From: an uncultured bacterium | Lineage (GTDB): Bacteria; Omnitrophota; Omnitrophia; Omnitrophales; Aquincolibacteriaceae | Assembly: GCA_964585045.1 (NCBI GenBank) | Contig: CAZPCF010000001.1 | Span: 1 to 37,732 of the forward strand | DNA length: 37,732 bases | Direction: 5' to 3' | Shown here: positions 37,101-37,732 of the stretch, piece by piece | Position numbering within the stretch: position 1 is the stretch's first letter | How the letters are laid out: the number at the start of each line of letters is the position of its first letter | Made by a program: the position numbers and the translations under genes | Notes under the pieces: model-generated | What the model was told of the DNA's origin: nothing | Database searches by the model: none | What the model saw: the letters and a program-made list of their open reading frames with translations, nothing else

Positions 37101-37260
37101 TTCAGTTCCAACATCTCAAATCTCCGCAGCGACATTACGGCAGGCCTTGCCTGATCTGTTTGCCTCGGCCGCATTTCGGGTTGGGCAGGGCATTGCCATT
37201 GTTGCTTCTTTCCTCGAACACATTGCTGCTGCAGAAAAACAGTTCGCGGCTTCCGCATAA
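16117..37260 (+). CDS. Giant modular multidomain protein (7,047 aa) whose segments are delimited by a recurrent R-[S/A]-E-x-R pentapeptide
   Basis: The reading frame runs for 21,144 nt without a stop. TTG 16117 has GAGG 7 nt upstream, and the alternative ATG 16183 has GAGG 3 nt upstream. Many independent domain signatures share the same frame (see the sub-features). Every long antisense ORF across it has an implausible composition. Confidence 0.9.
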   Translation: MQKADYVLPFLKILEIKLEPRQMRADHRPQTTVRGLSAGHFLRAISLSTAILFLCSEILTFPAQSFAYQSTDGRSQTAGQNFLLQSPVSGLQVAFFIPPELGTISEAYRGERGTGNEEREGASVSRSPLAVPRHDRTVVLIQDAHAVPDAQRSLMKLIEHFQSKYGIRQVALEGAEGKLDPELFRNFPDKEKLAKVFNSYLDSGELSGAAVASVLLPTQTDYVGIEDWDLYQKGITSFLRGLEKQADLKSQISNLKEKLQELKKKYYAPKALEFDEHYENWRQKQDDFAGFLNYLVETLRFDSKRYSSLDAVIQGLRHENIPDNSALNREIRALAAKIQPKLVNKEVQAKFNELKQSLQTGNVGKVEFARGLKELFPGDDLGISTELLGLIENHEEILRLQGAEFVSEFEKAIAEAKSSVFISADEKETNALSEQVIILEKLTKFELSRSEWKTLQGYGVRGTAYGEPVENPIASFVPSADIPSLQAKILILCRSPLIADFFSFYAIALQREAVFVKHIENLLRTPYAVHGMVVVAGGFHTEGLAQKFREQGISYVVVSPRINEIPKDSRYFDYMKGQVSWREYFKPKSGRVDLYDAFVQAMTERLISPSTKHQIPSAQHTVQRTFRSKIDLKDWRDSVIRRLAAEGRVAEHSKYTRYIDQQLAGQSEEFQALKEKWTARLEQFIGKLQLLGKQNQLTEANIARLFTATANFPAATASLVPGASVPVNFVDDQRAQRATRNAQREEQRKKSLSGERSALPAKEVPIPKEAVLDETSVEPGQSSASVRSEVRVGQAEGAMKFDVSEVRELVLNGKAVTPDQFHAKVTEMSRGGFIFNAVIRDHVLRLGVARSSVGGRRIYHAEINDPSNHDDAILGFVPEPGPYQEISLVYKRFRYPDQEEREELQDQMILFARVFIQQGFPGTTFLGRDTLNILEGIEMKLNVKRGEETFAKLAALPLSSEKARSGLLAERDGSVPLSRAEARQNDAQTVPEIPTTVNATPQNAERQAELEKYLAGKTLIHSVFEGGGAKGVAYVGALEELENKKMWFKEVAGTSAGAITASLIAAGYEYPKIKEIVFNTDFNQFKDKRWGIVPPWLNFLVFGGLYRGLVFEKWIAGKMKEKLGFEPTLKDLPIPLTVITSDITNKNMLILNRETAPDLKVAEAVRMSMGIPFFFEVYKWFGFYKKFPLAVRRTVDGGLLSNFPLFIYDKAGSKGEPVVGFMLQEIPHKKKSSWITKLLALLKYLPPFHIAIAVIDTALDGHDNRHIEDDVWAKIVNIPVDVGTLDFDLTLAQKEELAARGKEATKKIIGLAMRGEKGKVDTPAERQFAIFRSKGGRIFFKPAGFTCGVQLDLVDFYLDGTGEIQSHIKFHPEKRILIQPKNVWETNLKNLRSPEGKWIDASLVEALEPITKNTVFNFDTRLNRDFILFDPRTRQEIEVIAVGPGISPADKDQFVLSVAFPPSAEIIRYKNDVRVVRRVPGDSRPGVVRSEVRMSPAELGEEFKKNFPFDHELMLAMFGEMVVEDALLKAFFDKLIASERHPVSEERARYLASLLRIDQGWDEERTLTYRVRRGKKTASESIPYSGLQQDFLDWAVKMRISRSEFPLAYGFYVEGIEAEKEKQGPKTVFKVMAGNKLGDAIFKKVVERRKGRPKQPLTFYKGDVASDGDLRWLKTLKTTKDVPAVLSSSGIGLKDLRLGFHDPEFLMQEDTYDIFLFTTDPVFINEAASVVESRLPTTTPVGYAQVQVLDGVPTVSAFQPRFYLPHSVDPALKAYVEGSMKAFGLLIEANIKDILRSRKPVTKIRFLTPGYFLNGLKAQESTIQHYYFTIPKSLGYSLKALTEPITGGYQHINFVFEKEVASDVSASHVRPIRSETRNTITDLAVVAEGLSFALPHYFGSSLMVIRGNAGLLELAPDSRENIAAIEKGLRDLTAKLKILRGETITVLQNKDGKNYVWLSNEGFSRKILRGRRSVTPEVWQQLKKQLGLDTVFAELAATLERIGSKIENPDLSPEDISTILESCTSISSLVHLATDKAKQFVSTRSAPILNESAPPSEARDSFWDKPIQLRPKYVAAGIVGIIAVGVLLGIKLSGITWNELKYMTTTPVEVKRFITDAARVVRVTKVRKVDNEAEYVPMFSYRIKPRSKSLYTDGTRSCAALIIDDPSGGRHFLGHFGTTQSPDSIRALITDNFQELGGLQVYVLEGNQPGMDRTIFAPGAYATIKNIYATLKDLGLLSQTKYIPKNTNPHWGSRIFVQDGELFLPNHDADYPPPDDSDGSTKWILESEPRSELRQGEFSELLSQIQEKTVAGEERLKIERVEQWSRAVREVAEANFYDKTAEPFISHWEWILGRPEIWEVLAASDSLDPLLDGIESGHSPKAMRMPNLIKSAIFFSVLGLSTSALFGMEESSTLVRGFAVFALVQILLVYAVASATKVRRVRTQRQEQWFLETIRPKKIQIENRFHELAKFSWVDDSPEEPILRPGLGTVSEARSELREEKALAAIHKFAHAAKEQVKEFAKKSIAAKQRVEWELRRHGKIENKGWFAQALGDLNERGRVFDQHVDEFVADRDDVLSVVNGDLLASVVEPFSYEYQAMKKELGLILKFAMGSEKDGLEWTSLEHHLNDLSLVLLEMMDTFETIAMLPELDLRDGIVDMTLNQSDPASQVNEKKYSEQLKPVFQKSSHVYEEVLKLKENGVLFEIFPFLRQIAGFQKRDGSIIIDHLLNLIRCLEWIEKGDRAAFNEGTLGWVVEAQEFQLYQKLFSEASAGEGRELLYLVALLHNIGEISRVEDWKDRESFQVRQALFKFDHSEAGGAYLIRPIIRRKLGFSTQVMKDRMKMVEWLVFHQFALGNLFFGELSPSHLLAKMVAMPPGVDQAKLFKMLTILSFADLRNTYRGAYITKFKTNFYAGMMNFETLWLILQRLDEYRLQRFITGPDGSPDPQKQIALDEIFYGKLPASLQNHLKHVLRYGVHRFYFGAFLFRSIKVETLLKLLVTISAFFKAPGVELRDVAFTTPSAEAETVADQLDAFFDPLSFQEIGSFFGMDVHKIQGVLAERGLPVEIREATEELVIDTKALLRFSTRPDSKNRAEMRTNEIDPKTLPERERVRLVLEYIKSKGQAEAARGDLPGDLLQEIFEKYDIKLKSTKKGKSISYDFVDASAKPKSKPRIQSSPKIKRDGSALVTANAEIDRQKALLEIQNLKRAAGLAMQQAQKNHDPDQYAVAVAKHDEIAARLSVFGAQMQSKINFHVQQARRAKELRAEEEARRLISLSKEERQALEDQARQEVLKVEGERIAKEKVLAEERFRLEQEKKKLEDEQIAREEAFRKQREEEARQLLEAERKEREAKVAKAKFEAHKSGVIKLIEEADVRLTAFDAKDFTGIKSIREMKEISSAIKAVEEFRAKYGKDGDLEGYYGIFGSSLATKEADYTQWRQNNEKLLAIITRNPAVLLDRIRSAEKKRSRNEPLEPVETRKAVEASFKVIMEAAMADIGSRDTFTEQDAATMGLLKKIRAALDVNQSTSRSEVRQKKGLGKEPPDVLGVREADIIPLDLNADQKTTFETFWDYENGWEGVARIEGGDPAWLDSEAGAELYKRISQKTRVLAAYILFHFPDGDKLVLREMADANGRPFFQTDERKLAFILNEMAKNAIVHGHKLNLQLPVFLQWKFDLKERVFRIRVVNAIEKDDSLIQKIGPEKLRDILKLSGEGKAEEVIYHMTGGNIPARKDVGNATVSELEIRLIIRSEARGEGTEGAGKLDISTESREREGYTWVNGDYVQYGKKGGIWISGDTGKGKSFLTIKMIESGLPFKVVSCGASYFKSHEEGGKRIILGLRGEMSANTLYSRLLGYKKVTLTEEMVVPLRFIVTLDDTYEDSYIRKELKGEGSAEKADIRIINLTDLDVSRDWEEAVRRIREVVEGTSRKVKSVKFVDGSENASSQPRVETAQATAGVLPRGISLQIPRSEVRSQNQIQSEIDRVTELKNGARMRARQFLQYNRELIQWFLALKDAQGKITEESKEEQTLILEKIRDYADVLREIAGNIRPDVGEGIVGEQTRYQKLNDYAVKPSLGIRQEEVTIALTAESRKLKEDMAGLQKQFLEAHRAKDPGRLRSLNEQAVALYKARLKAQLLQASSYLQEQKIDTTALLTILTAIRIGYLKISHEYGWRIRRALGEAAIQKIQVVGREGDVAQVYDYENFKMATVPDGKGEQNPVTIFQDVWVRKDLEDGSFTYQPEKRPFVFKDLKTAVRRSFHILLNQEVDFAQVYDRINDLDYIVDLLRTDGDEIPEYYLEDIRESVDFIMNARRGSLTRGHVDEKGNAAANVRGGMFELEARHTARATEMFGAAKKELETRLIVLAGKKAGISSQAQYLIHRYRRDETSRAMRELGSLLEEQNFQAAYQLLRVLYKTHYLHKASEESQYASLQWHVIDLGVSLKRLALKKDRPSASVQGNILRYVRENIRRIQIMAGANLSDPPSPLRNEGRIHSASRAEMRLKQPLRAVVFDIGGVIFDLDFKKMAQALINAGVRIKTVEEIIALSVSSDVYKALERDEISPEAFYAALCGALGIGILSYEEFVRIWTDIFTPKPETVELIKQARETGAKIFFLTDANRLHTQYLKKHYPDVFALADHVFPSYELGLRKGDGSRVFQVVSEKLEQEYGIKHGEYVFFDDRNDNVAAANSVGFPAMVFESAQAAREELAKSEEVTPDEIQSDLTKIDLAGKGSSRITSIDEAGLLVTGKRQEVSEPWTNRRARLTYILREGLKPYRDVLPALTDSLKDGARHGGKYISFSMVSPRFGYAGTSTDYLNYGPSSGKNGYSLYNVAFILDPAYVRRHQEDFHAVGEAFAANGTMHKAYIDSKGEVLGGFTYRSGIAEQITRPAPYPDEVVVDRNIPPEAFGAIIAHDAYAKEIRDIIVTECPQMSIRIFNPKGEILFDIKSDTTTTLRATSEGKRSEVRSEPAPEGTPTAGFNEGTRQQLLKSIAHFIQVIDTSSEAQLKAMEQVVINHMGKFDKAEDILALMGALVGIWDRLSKISGERSASETQLKAMEQFVINHMGKFDKAEDILALMGALVGIWDRLSKISGALPAKNSLSETQLKSIEQFVFDSMKKSDKPEDILAFMSVLVDVWVRFSKIPDVSPSIYKERIGYLIGNIFKGERLLDKDTNQNDISLFEKYVGAATTSDIITLNDILRELADRMPEIEPGGLTEEELKLTRALADYELLEKRKTIGSTIGRKIDDLKRLGEEASRKASEPPVSDNVGSSEADLQSEPPDFERNALGIPSAPLPPSNVLDGRDRLEAAVAIMGHGGPLDIADQIHNAGLLQLMDYVKALKGDVDFEKEKALEQALLQKARLYYSFAYAMQKLNRPEETNEEFLTLVTAGLRQEEAPEVQRIFRRLVENGLDPKEREKAFIAWTREVDGLLQGLRSEVERIDPEKFSAGEIARVQEAGNIYNYGDESVGRFEGIKRNYIALAKRWQFNFKAMASYLAPEGTADFQELNLPAWILQRTWETKQEAHRVVARPPVGRLPGVFVNEELLHLAIERIISNGFRAINEQASSLPGGFEKVDIDTEAIRGIDGRENVQIRILSPGVIPDSKLKINEARGMQELFVLDPKRSHFNHNIAMPFVGQAIKGLGGKIFAENITTGGQSYAVVTIELPAGRADRLAKAGESRSEVRAELRSGNSEGPNIGSASEDLRVRNYEEVKVAERIMLRSGEKVRTFTVRGSFHLTDDTTLNLAVDEESGKLYVIRKLLTEEDEDHCSYVPKVMEKLKGYEGVYQAEWMVKADDSNGWDGRDASLNGAIVYPYIPGKDLASIFEGYKKLPPAAYFSELLDIVIRVADIGAYIEAKGIYDVWSIKPENIMITPDGKLVLIDYTRKKINPLSSIEFLLYDSTDGIHMKGIDGVLPTLKFVSDPALNRQIVSRLTAAHRKVKANSYENIGQFSEELKGVKALMEAGDSPGSATPQPQGDVRSEVRGEKDLLWTKPALDAKPDPVAVVNRQFKWWTKRTPAWTEEEILKIPEVIKALYDAGINLRGGSIQMDKSEEGKKTVQSVLGTPRTASAIYTKTLQLYKDKGKWPAALREAGIDPAILPNYPGAIEERNMKFAQEEQAGKRSAPSLDTEERIRPGSKNRAEVRVEKSKGKQPSLANLIRTVATAPMRYAGNSIKTDYGAVAFQKLYGMLREDPEAVLSGMAGLSAALLRQFRNSRRGKSLISFFPVLNESQSSQPRSEVREKKYDADWLRNAAFLFDSTDPELRAVLNEVLGDDSEALTPRQREVLRKRYWEGMTISQIAEEEGKSRNAISDVAWKAILRLRHYLDGKGYFKLNSSADFQYLLMGKQSRAARAEVRSEPSEAKIPVETKTQLDKEEARPAEAQPVAEVKKPEEIVPVQETPLPVSLPILPLVETAKPVDQLQTERAEVPSQVEPAAVEEIVPAPKIKKARSQKASAKEKAGDRILSKELAIALLQELGIAFPRNSEEVAEVFLRLYEDNYMRAIEALTWSDPAKAVARAERLIELIESLTEKTPNMPSRIYKRFEALIATLKWFRDAAKFAGSIEQPTLMDRAVGDDPDLVIEQVTNMIEKVEEGRERFSAPPVGFDRALKAWQDRLLGIQQLAMNSKDEVDTVRSESLDSVNAGKEEDAFTKDQKRDLVREALEEMGIQEVEMKKLNLVRIFDFCNGPGVEAAEKLNDYFDGRGFPGLSDQVDDLILRMKAVIAQENEDEEDTGGNDYGFVRSETRLQQVYAGVLGTVLRQDPDGKNLVREFTEEVREAGVEMVSQGLWTTFNNIVLPEAMAAMTVSDTNVQVAGYDVLENVLRQKDLSRETLDRIAEQMFNDSLKDLVDAILKREIGGMAPVVFYSSEMKTRLIHFIETVQQGFESIGDVTGENYRITLVSANKAELRILKTELSKRGALRGVQFIEDKGLNTVARELASSVIRHPVFGVRFGIFFPESGLGQNVTWQWVVRSEIPKEYAVLLLPALSRYFASVPTSQISAATLRQALPDLFASAAFRVGQGIAIVASFLEHIAAAEKQFAASA
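16191..16391 (+). repeat. In-frame heptad arrays: AGACCAC AGACCAC AGACTAC (16191-16211) and GTCTCCG GTCTCCG GTCTCCA (16371-16391)
   Basis: These are direct 7-nt tandem units. The AGACC and GGTCT cores of the two arrays are complementary. Additional CAGACNG-like units lie at 16321-16354. Confidence 0.6.
16237..16317 (+). other. N-terminal signal peptide or signal anchor of the giant protein
   Basis: A basic region (MRADHRPQTTVRGLSAGH) is followed by the hydrophobic stretch FLRAISLSTAILFLCSEILTFPAQSFA, which ends in an AxA-like site (QSFA/YQ). Confidence 0.55.
16444..16513 (+). repeat. In-frame heptad inverted repeat: GGGGAAC x3 plus GAGGAAC (16444-16471) facing CGTTAGC CGTTCCC CGTTAGC CGTTCCC (16485-16513)
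   Basis: Three units are perfect. The arms are imperfectly complementary with a 13-nt loop. It belongs to the same unit family as the intergenic element at 14436-14506. It is translated as RGERGTGNEEREGASVSRSPLAVPR. Confidence 0.7.
16528..17810 (+). other. Possible Tiki/TraB/ChaN-superfamily domain, interrupted by a heptad-flanked insert
   Basis: VVLIQDAHAVPDAQRSLMKLIEH...VALEGAEG resembles the N-terminal GxxH...E motif region of this superfamily. MVVVAGGFHTEGLAQKF resembles its C-terminal GxxH motif. The call rests on pattern recognition only. Confidence 0.35.
17487..17705 (+). repeat. In-frame heptad arrays GTACGGC GTACGGG GTACGGC GTACGGC (17487-17514) and the complementary CCGTACT CCGTACG CCGTACA (17685-17705), about 170 nt apart
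   Basis: Both are direct 7-nt tandem units, and the second array is the reverse complement of the first. They are translated as GYGVRGTAYGE and LRTPYAVH. Confidence 0.65.
17940..17981 (+). repeat. In-frame degenerate heptad array (ACCAAGT ACTAAGC ACCAAAT ACCAAGT GCTCAGC ACACGGT)
   Basis: A 7-nt periodicity is visible, and the array contains the palindromic cores AGTACT and GTGCTCAGCAC. Confidence 0.45.
18313..18398 (+). repeat. In-frame heptad inverted repeat: CAACGAG plus four perfect CGCAACG units (18320-18347) facing CGCTGAG CGGTGAG CGTAGTG CGTTGCC (18368-18395)
   Basis: Four units are perfect. The partner arm is complementary at about 5-6 of 7 positions per unit. It belongs to the same unit family as the intergenic elements at 12407-12469 and 37267-37379. 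It is translated as QRAQRATRNAQRE...SLSGERSALP. Confidence 0.7.
19165..19985 (+). other. Patatin-like phospholipase domain
   Basis: The oxyanion motif is FEGGGAKGVAY, the nucleophile elbow is GTSAG (19273-19287), and the catalytic Asp motif is VDGGLLSNFP (Asp codon at 19702-19704). Confidence 0.85.
22333..22386 (+). other. Internal transmembrane helix
   Basis: The hydrophobic stretch YVAAGIVGIIAVGVLLGI is flanked by the basic residues RPK and KLSG. Confidence 0.6.
22579..22650 (+). other. Cys/His motif resembling the CheD-type deamidase active-site region (weak)
   Basis: TRSCAALIIDDPSGGRHFLGHFGT compares with the CheD-like pattern GSC-(hydrophobic)-D..GG.aH. The Cys-to-second-His spacing of 17 residues is compatible. 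Confidence 0.25.
23281..23421 (+). other. Pair of internal transmembrane helices (helical hairpin)
   Basis: IKSAIFFSVLGLSTSALFGM and VRGFAVFALVQILLVYAVASA are separated by a short MEESSTL loop and followed by the basic stretch KVRRVRTQRQ. Confidence 0.6.
24440..24812 (+). other. HD-superfamily-like domain with a degenerate HD dyad (HN)
   Basis: LYLVALLHNIGEI occupies the place of the ..LLHDIGK motif. It is followed by FDHSEAGGAYL and later LSFADLRNTY. The pattern is reminiscent of GlnD/HD-type phosphohydrolase domains. Confidence 0.45.
25880..26210 (+). other. Charged coiled-coil segment (E/R/K-rich)
   Basis: RRAKELRAEEEARRLISLSKEERQALEDQARQEVLKVEGERIAKEKVLAEERFRLEQEKKKLEDEQIAREEAFRKQREEEARQLLEAERKEREAKVAKAKFEA. 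Confidence 0.7.
26935..27357 (+). other. GHKL (HATPase_c)-like module resembling anti-sigma-factor serine kinases (RsbW/SpoIIAB type)
   Basis: The N-box-like stretch is LAFILNEMAKNAIVHGH (27043-27093). It is followed by FRIRVVNAIEKDD and the terminal strand ELEIRLII. The segment is only about 220 aa between two delimiter motifs. Confidence 0.45.
27373..28014 (+). other. P-loop module resembling the HPr kinase/phosphorylase C-terminal domain
   Basis: GGIWISGDTGKGKSFLTIKMIESG (P-loop at 27496-27519) compares with the HprK pattern GVLI.G.SG.GKSE.AL.LI..G. The segment is noticeably AT-rich. Confidence 0.4.
29632..30230 (+). other. HAD-superfamily hydrolase domain (subfamily IA-like)
   Basis: Motif I is AVVFDIGGVIFD (Asp codon at 29644-29646), motif II is IFFLTDAN, and motif IV is VFFDDRNDNVAAANSVGF. 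Confidence 0.7.
31111..31545 (+). repeat. Three tandem copies of a ~45-50-aa unit (periods of 144 and 156 nt). Copies 1 and 2 are nearly identical at the DNA level.
   Basis: The copies read SEAQLKAMEQVVINHMGKFDKAEDILALMGALVGIWDRLSKISG, SETQLKAMEQFVINHMGKFDKAEDILALMGALVGIWDRLSKISG and SETQLKSIEQFVFDSMKKSDKPEDILAFMSVLVDVWVRFSKIP. They start at 31111, 31255 and 31411. Confidence 0.9.
32700..33110 (+). other. GHKL (histidine-kinase-like ATPase) domain
   Basis: The N-box-like stretch is EELLHLAIERIISNGFRAINE. The G-box-like stretch is NIAMPFVGQAIKGLGGKIFAENITTGGQSYAVVTIELP. Confidence 0.6.
33287..33990 (+). other. Protein-kinase-like domain with a non-canonical catalytic loop
   Basis: KLYVIRKL is VAIK-like. 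YDVWSIKPENIMITPDGKLVLIDYT sits in place of HRDxKPxN...DFG, so the HRD Asp position is Ser and DFG is DYT. Confidence 0.55.
34951..35094 (+). other. Sigma-70 region 4-type helix-turn-helix
   Basis: LTPRQREVLRKRYWEGMTISQIAEEEGKSRNAISDVAWKAILRLRHYL matches the classic region-4 pattern (L..rqreVl.Lry.eG.s..EIAe..g.s...V......A...LR..L). Confidence 0.75.
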
Positions 37261-37266
37261 AAAGCG

Positions 37267-37379
37267 CTTAACGCGCAAGGCGCAACGCTAAGCGTAAGAG
37301 CTTGTTTATGCATCTTGTGCTTGGCTTTTGGACTTTTTTAAATCTTTTTAACGTTGTGCGTTGCGCGTTGTGCGTTGCT
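37267..37379. repeat. CGCAACG-family heptad inverted repeat just after the giant-gene stop
   Basis: The left arm is CTTAACG CGCAAGG CGCAACG CTAAGCG (37267-37294). The right arm is CGTTGTG CGTTGCG CGTTGTG CGTTGCT (37352-37379). The loop is 57 nt and T-rich. Confidence 0.55.
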
Positions 37380-37398
37380 CGGTTAGAATAACCCACCT

Positions 37399-37732
37399 AT
37401 GAGCCACCCATTTCTTAAAAAACTCAATGAGAAGGTTCTTGTATTCGACGGGGCGTTGGGGACCAATCTCCAGACCCTGAACCTTACTTCCCAGGATTTC
37501 GGCGGCAAGGACGGCTGTAACGAATATCTGGTGATCACCAAGCCCGACGCTATCCGGAGCGTCCATGAAAGTTTTCTCAAAGTTGGCTGCGACGTGATCG
37601 AGACCGACACGTTCGGTTCGAATCGCATTGTTCTTGCGGAGTACGGTCTAGAGGACTGTGTGGTCGAGCTCAACGAAAAAGCCGCGCGTCTTGCCAAGGA
37701 ACTCGCCCAAAAATATTCCACACCCAACCAGC
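37399..37732 (+). CDS. metH: Methionine synthase-like protein, N-terminal homocysteine S-methyltransferase domain. It is partial and runs off the window, so it is absent from the ORF track.
   Basis: The hand translation from ATG 37399 reads MSHPFLKKLNEKVLVFDGALGTNLQTLNLTSQDFGGKDGCNEYLVITKPDAIRSVHESFLKVGCDVIETDTFGSNRIVLAEYGLED. It matches the FDGAMGT...P..I..vH..Y...G.D.IeTNTF pattern of the Hcy-binding domain. A YitJ-type fusion cannot be excluded. Confidence 0.7.
   Translation, partial: MSHPFLKKLNEKVLVFDGALGTNLQTLNLTSQDFGGKDGCNEYLVITKPDAIRSVHESFLKVGCDVIETDTFGSNRIVLAEYGLEDCVVELNEKAARLAKELAQKYSTPNQ

Noticed and set aside
16117-37260. The giant ORF as an artefact of several fused adjacent genes, for example through lost stop codons or a chimeric assembly.
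   Set aside because: Eighteen junctions all stay in the same frame, and each carries the same conserved pentapeptide. No residual start or SD signals appear at the junctions. This argues for a genuine single reading frame, although only read-level data can fully exclude assembly problems.
37615-37624. A GGTTCGAATC string resembling a tRNA T-arm.
   Set aside because: It lies within the metH-like coding frame (TFGSNR). No acceptor or anticodon stems can be drawn around it.

Overview
This 37.7-kb window appears to come from a diderm bacterium, since BamD-like, LptE-like and MurJ genes are present. The lineage cannot be determined from the sequence alone. A 21-kb ORF is reminiscent of published giant genes in uncultured Omnitrophota-like lineages, but that is inference only.

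Layout:
(1) 1-7627 is a co-directional, visibly AT-richer cluster for envelope glycan or lipid modification. Hand-counted 60-nt lines give about 37-48% GC here versus about 55-58% downstream. It encodes a GT-C-like membrane protein, a sulfatase-family enzyme with a Thr-type active site, a MiaB-like radical SAM enzyme, a small anchored hypothetical protein, a radical SAM/SPASM enzyme, a GT2, and a B12-binding radical SAM enzyme.
(2) 7872-15970 is a housekeeping block. It encodes a secreted BamD-like TPR protein with a ~700-aa coiled-coil tail, an lptE-like lipoprotein, holA, rpsT (minus strand), murJ and uvrC.
(3) 16117-37260 is one uninterrupted 7,047-codon ORF covering 56% of the window.
(4) 37399 to the window end is the 5' part of a metH-like gene.

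Main finding: the giant ORF is built like beads on a string. About 19 segments of 97-786 aa are separated by 18 copies of a conserved pentapeptide, R-[S/A]-E-x-R (mostly RSEVR). The copies are encoded with freely varying synonymous codons, so the constraint acts on the protein. Every domain I can recognise lies wholly inside one inter-motif segment: Tiki/ChaN-like, patatin, HD-like, two GHKL ATPase-like, an HprK-like P-loop, HAD, a kinase-like domain, and sigma-70 region 4. I do not recognise this as a described architecture. It suggests a bacterial polyprotein or another delimiter-based modular system.

Second finding: families of 7-nt tandem arrays (CGCAACG, GGGGAAC, GTACGGC, AGACCAC), usually paired with an inverted partner array, occur in intergenic 3' regions and also in frame within the first 2.3 kb of the giant ORF.

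No rRNA, tRNA, CRISPR array, transposase or integrase was seen.
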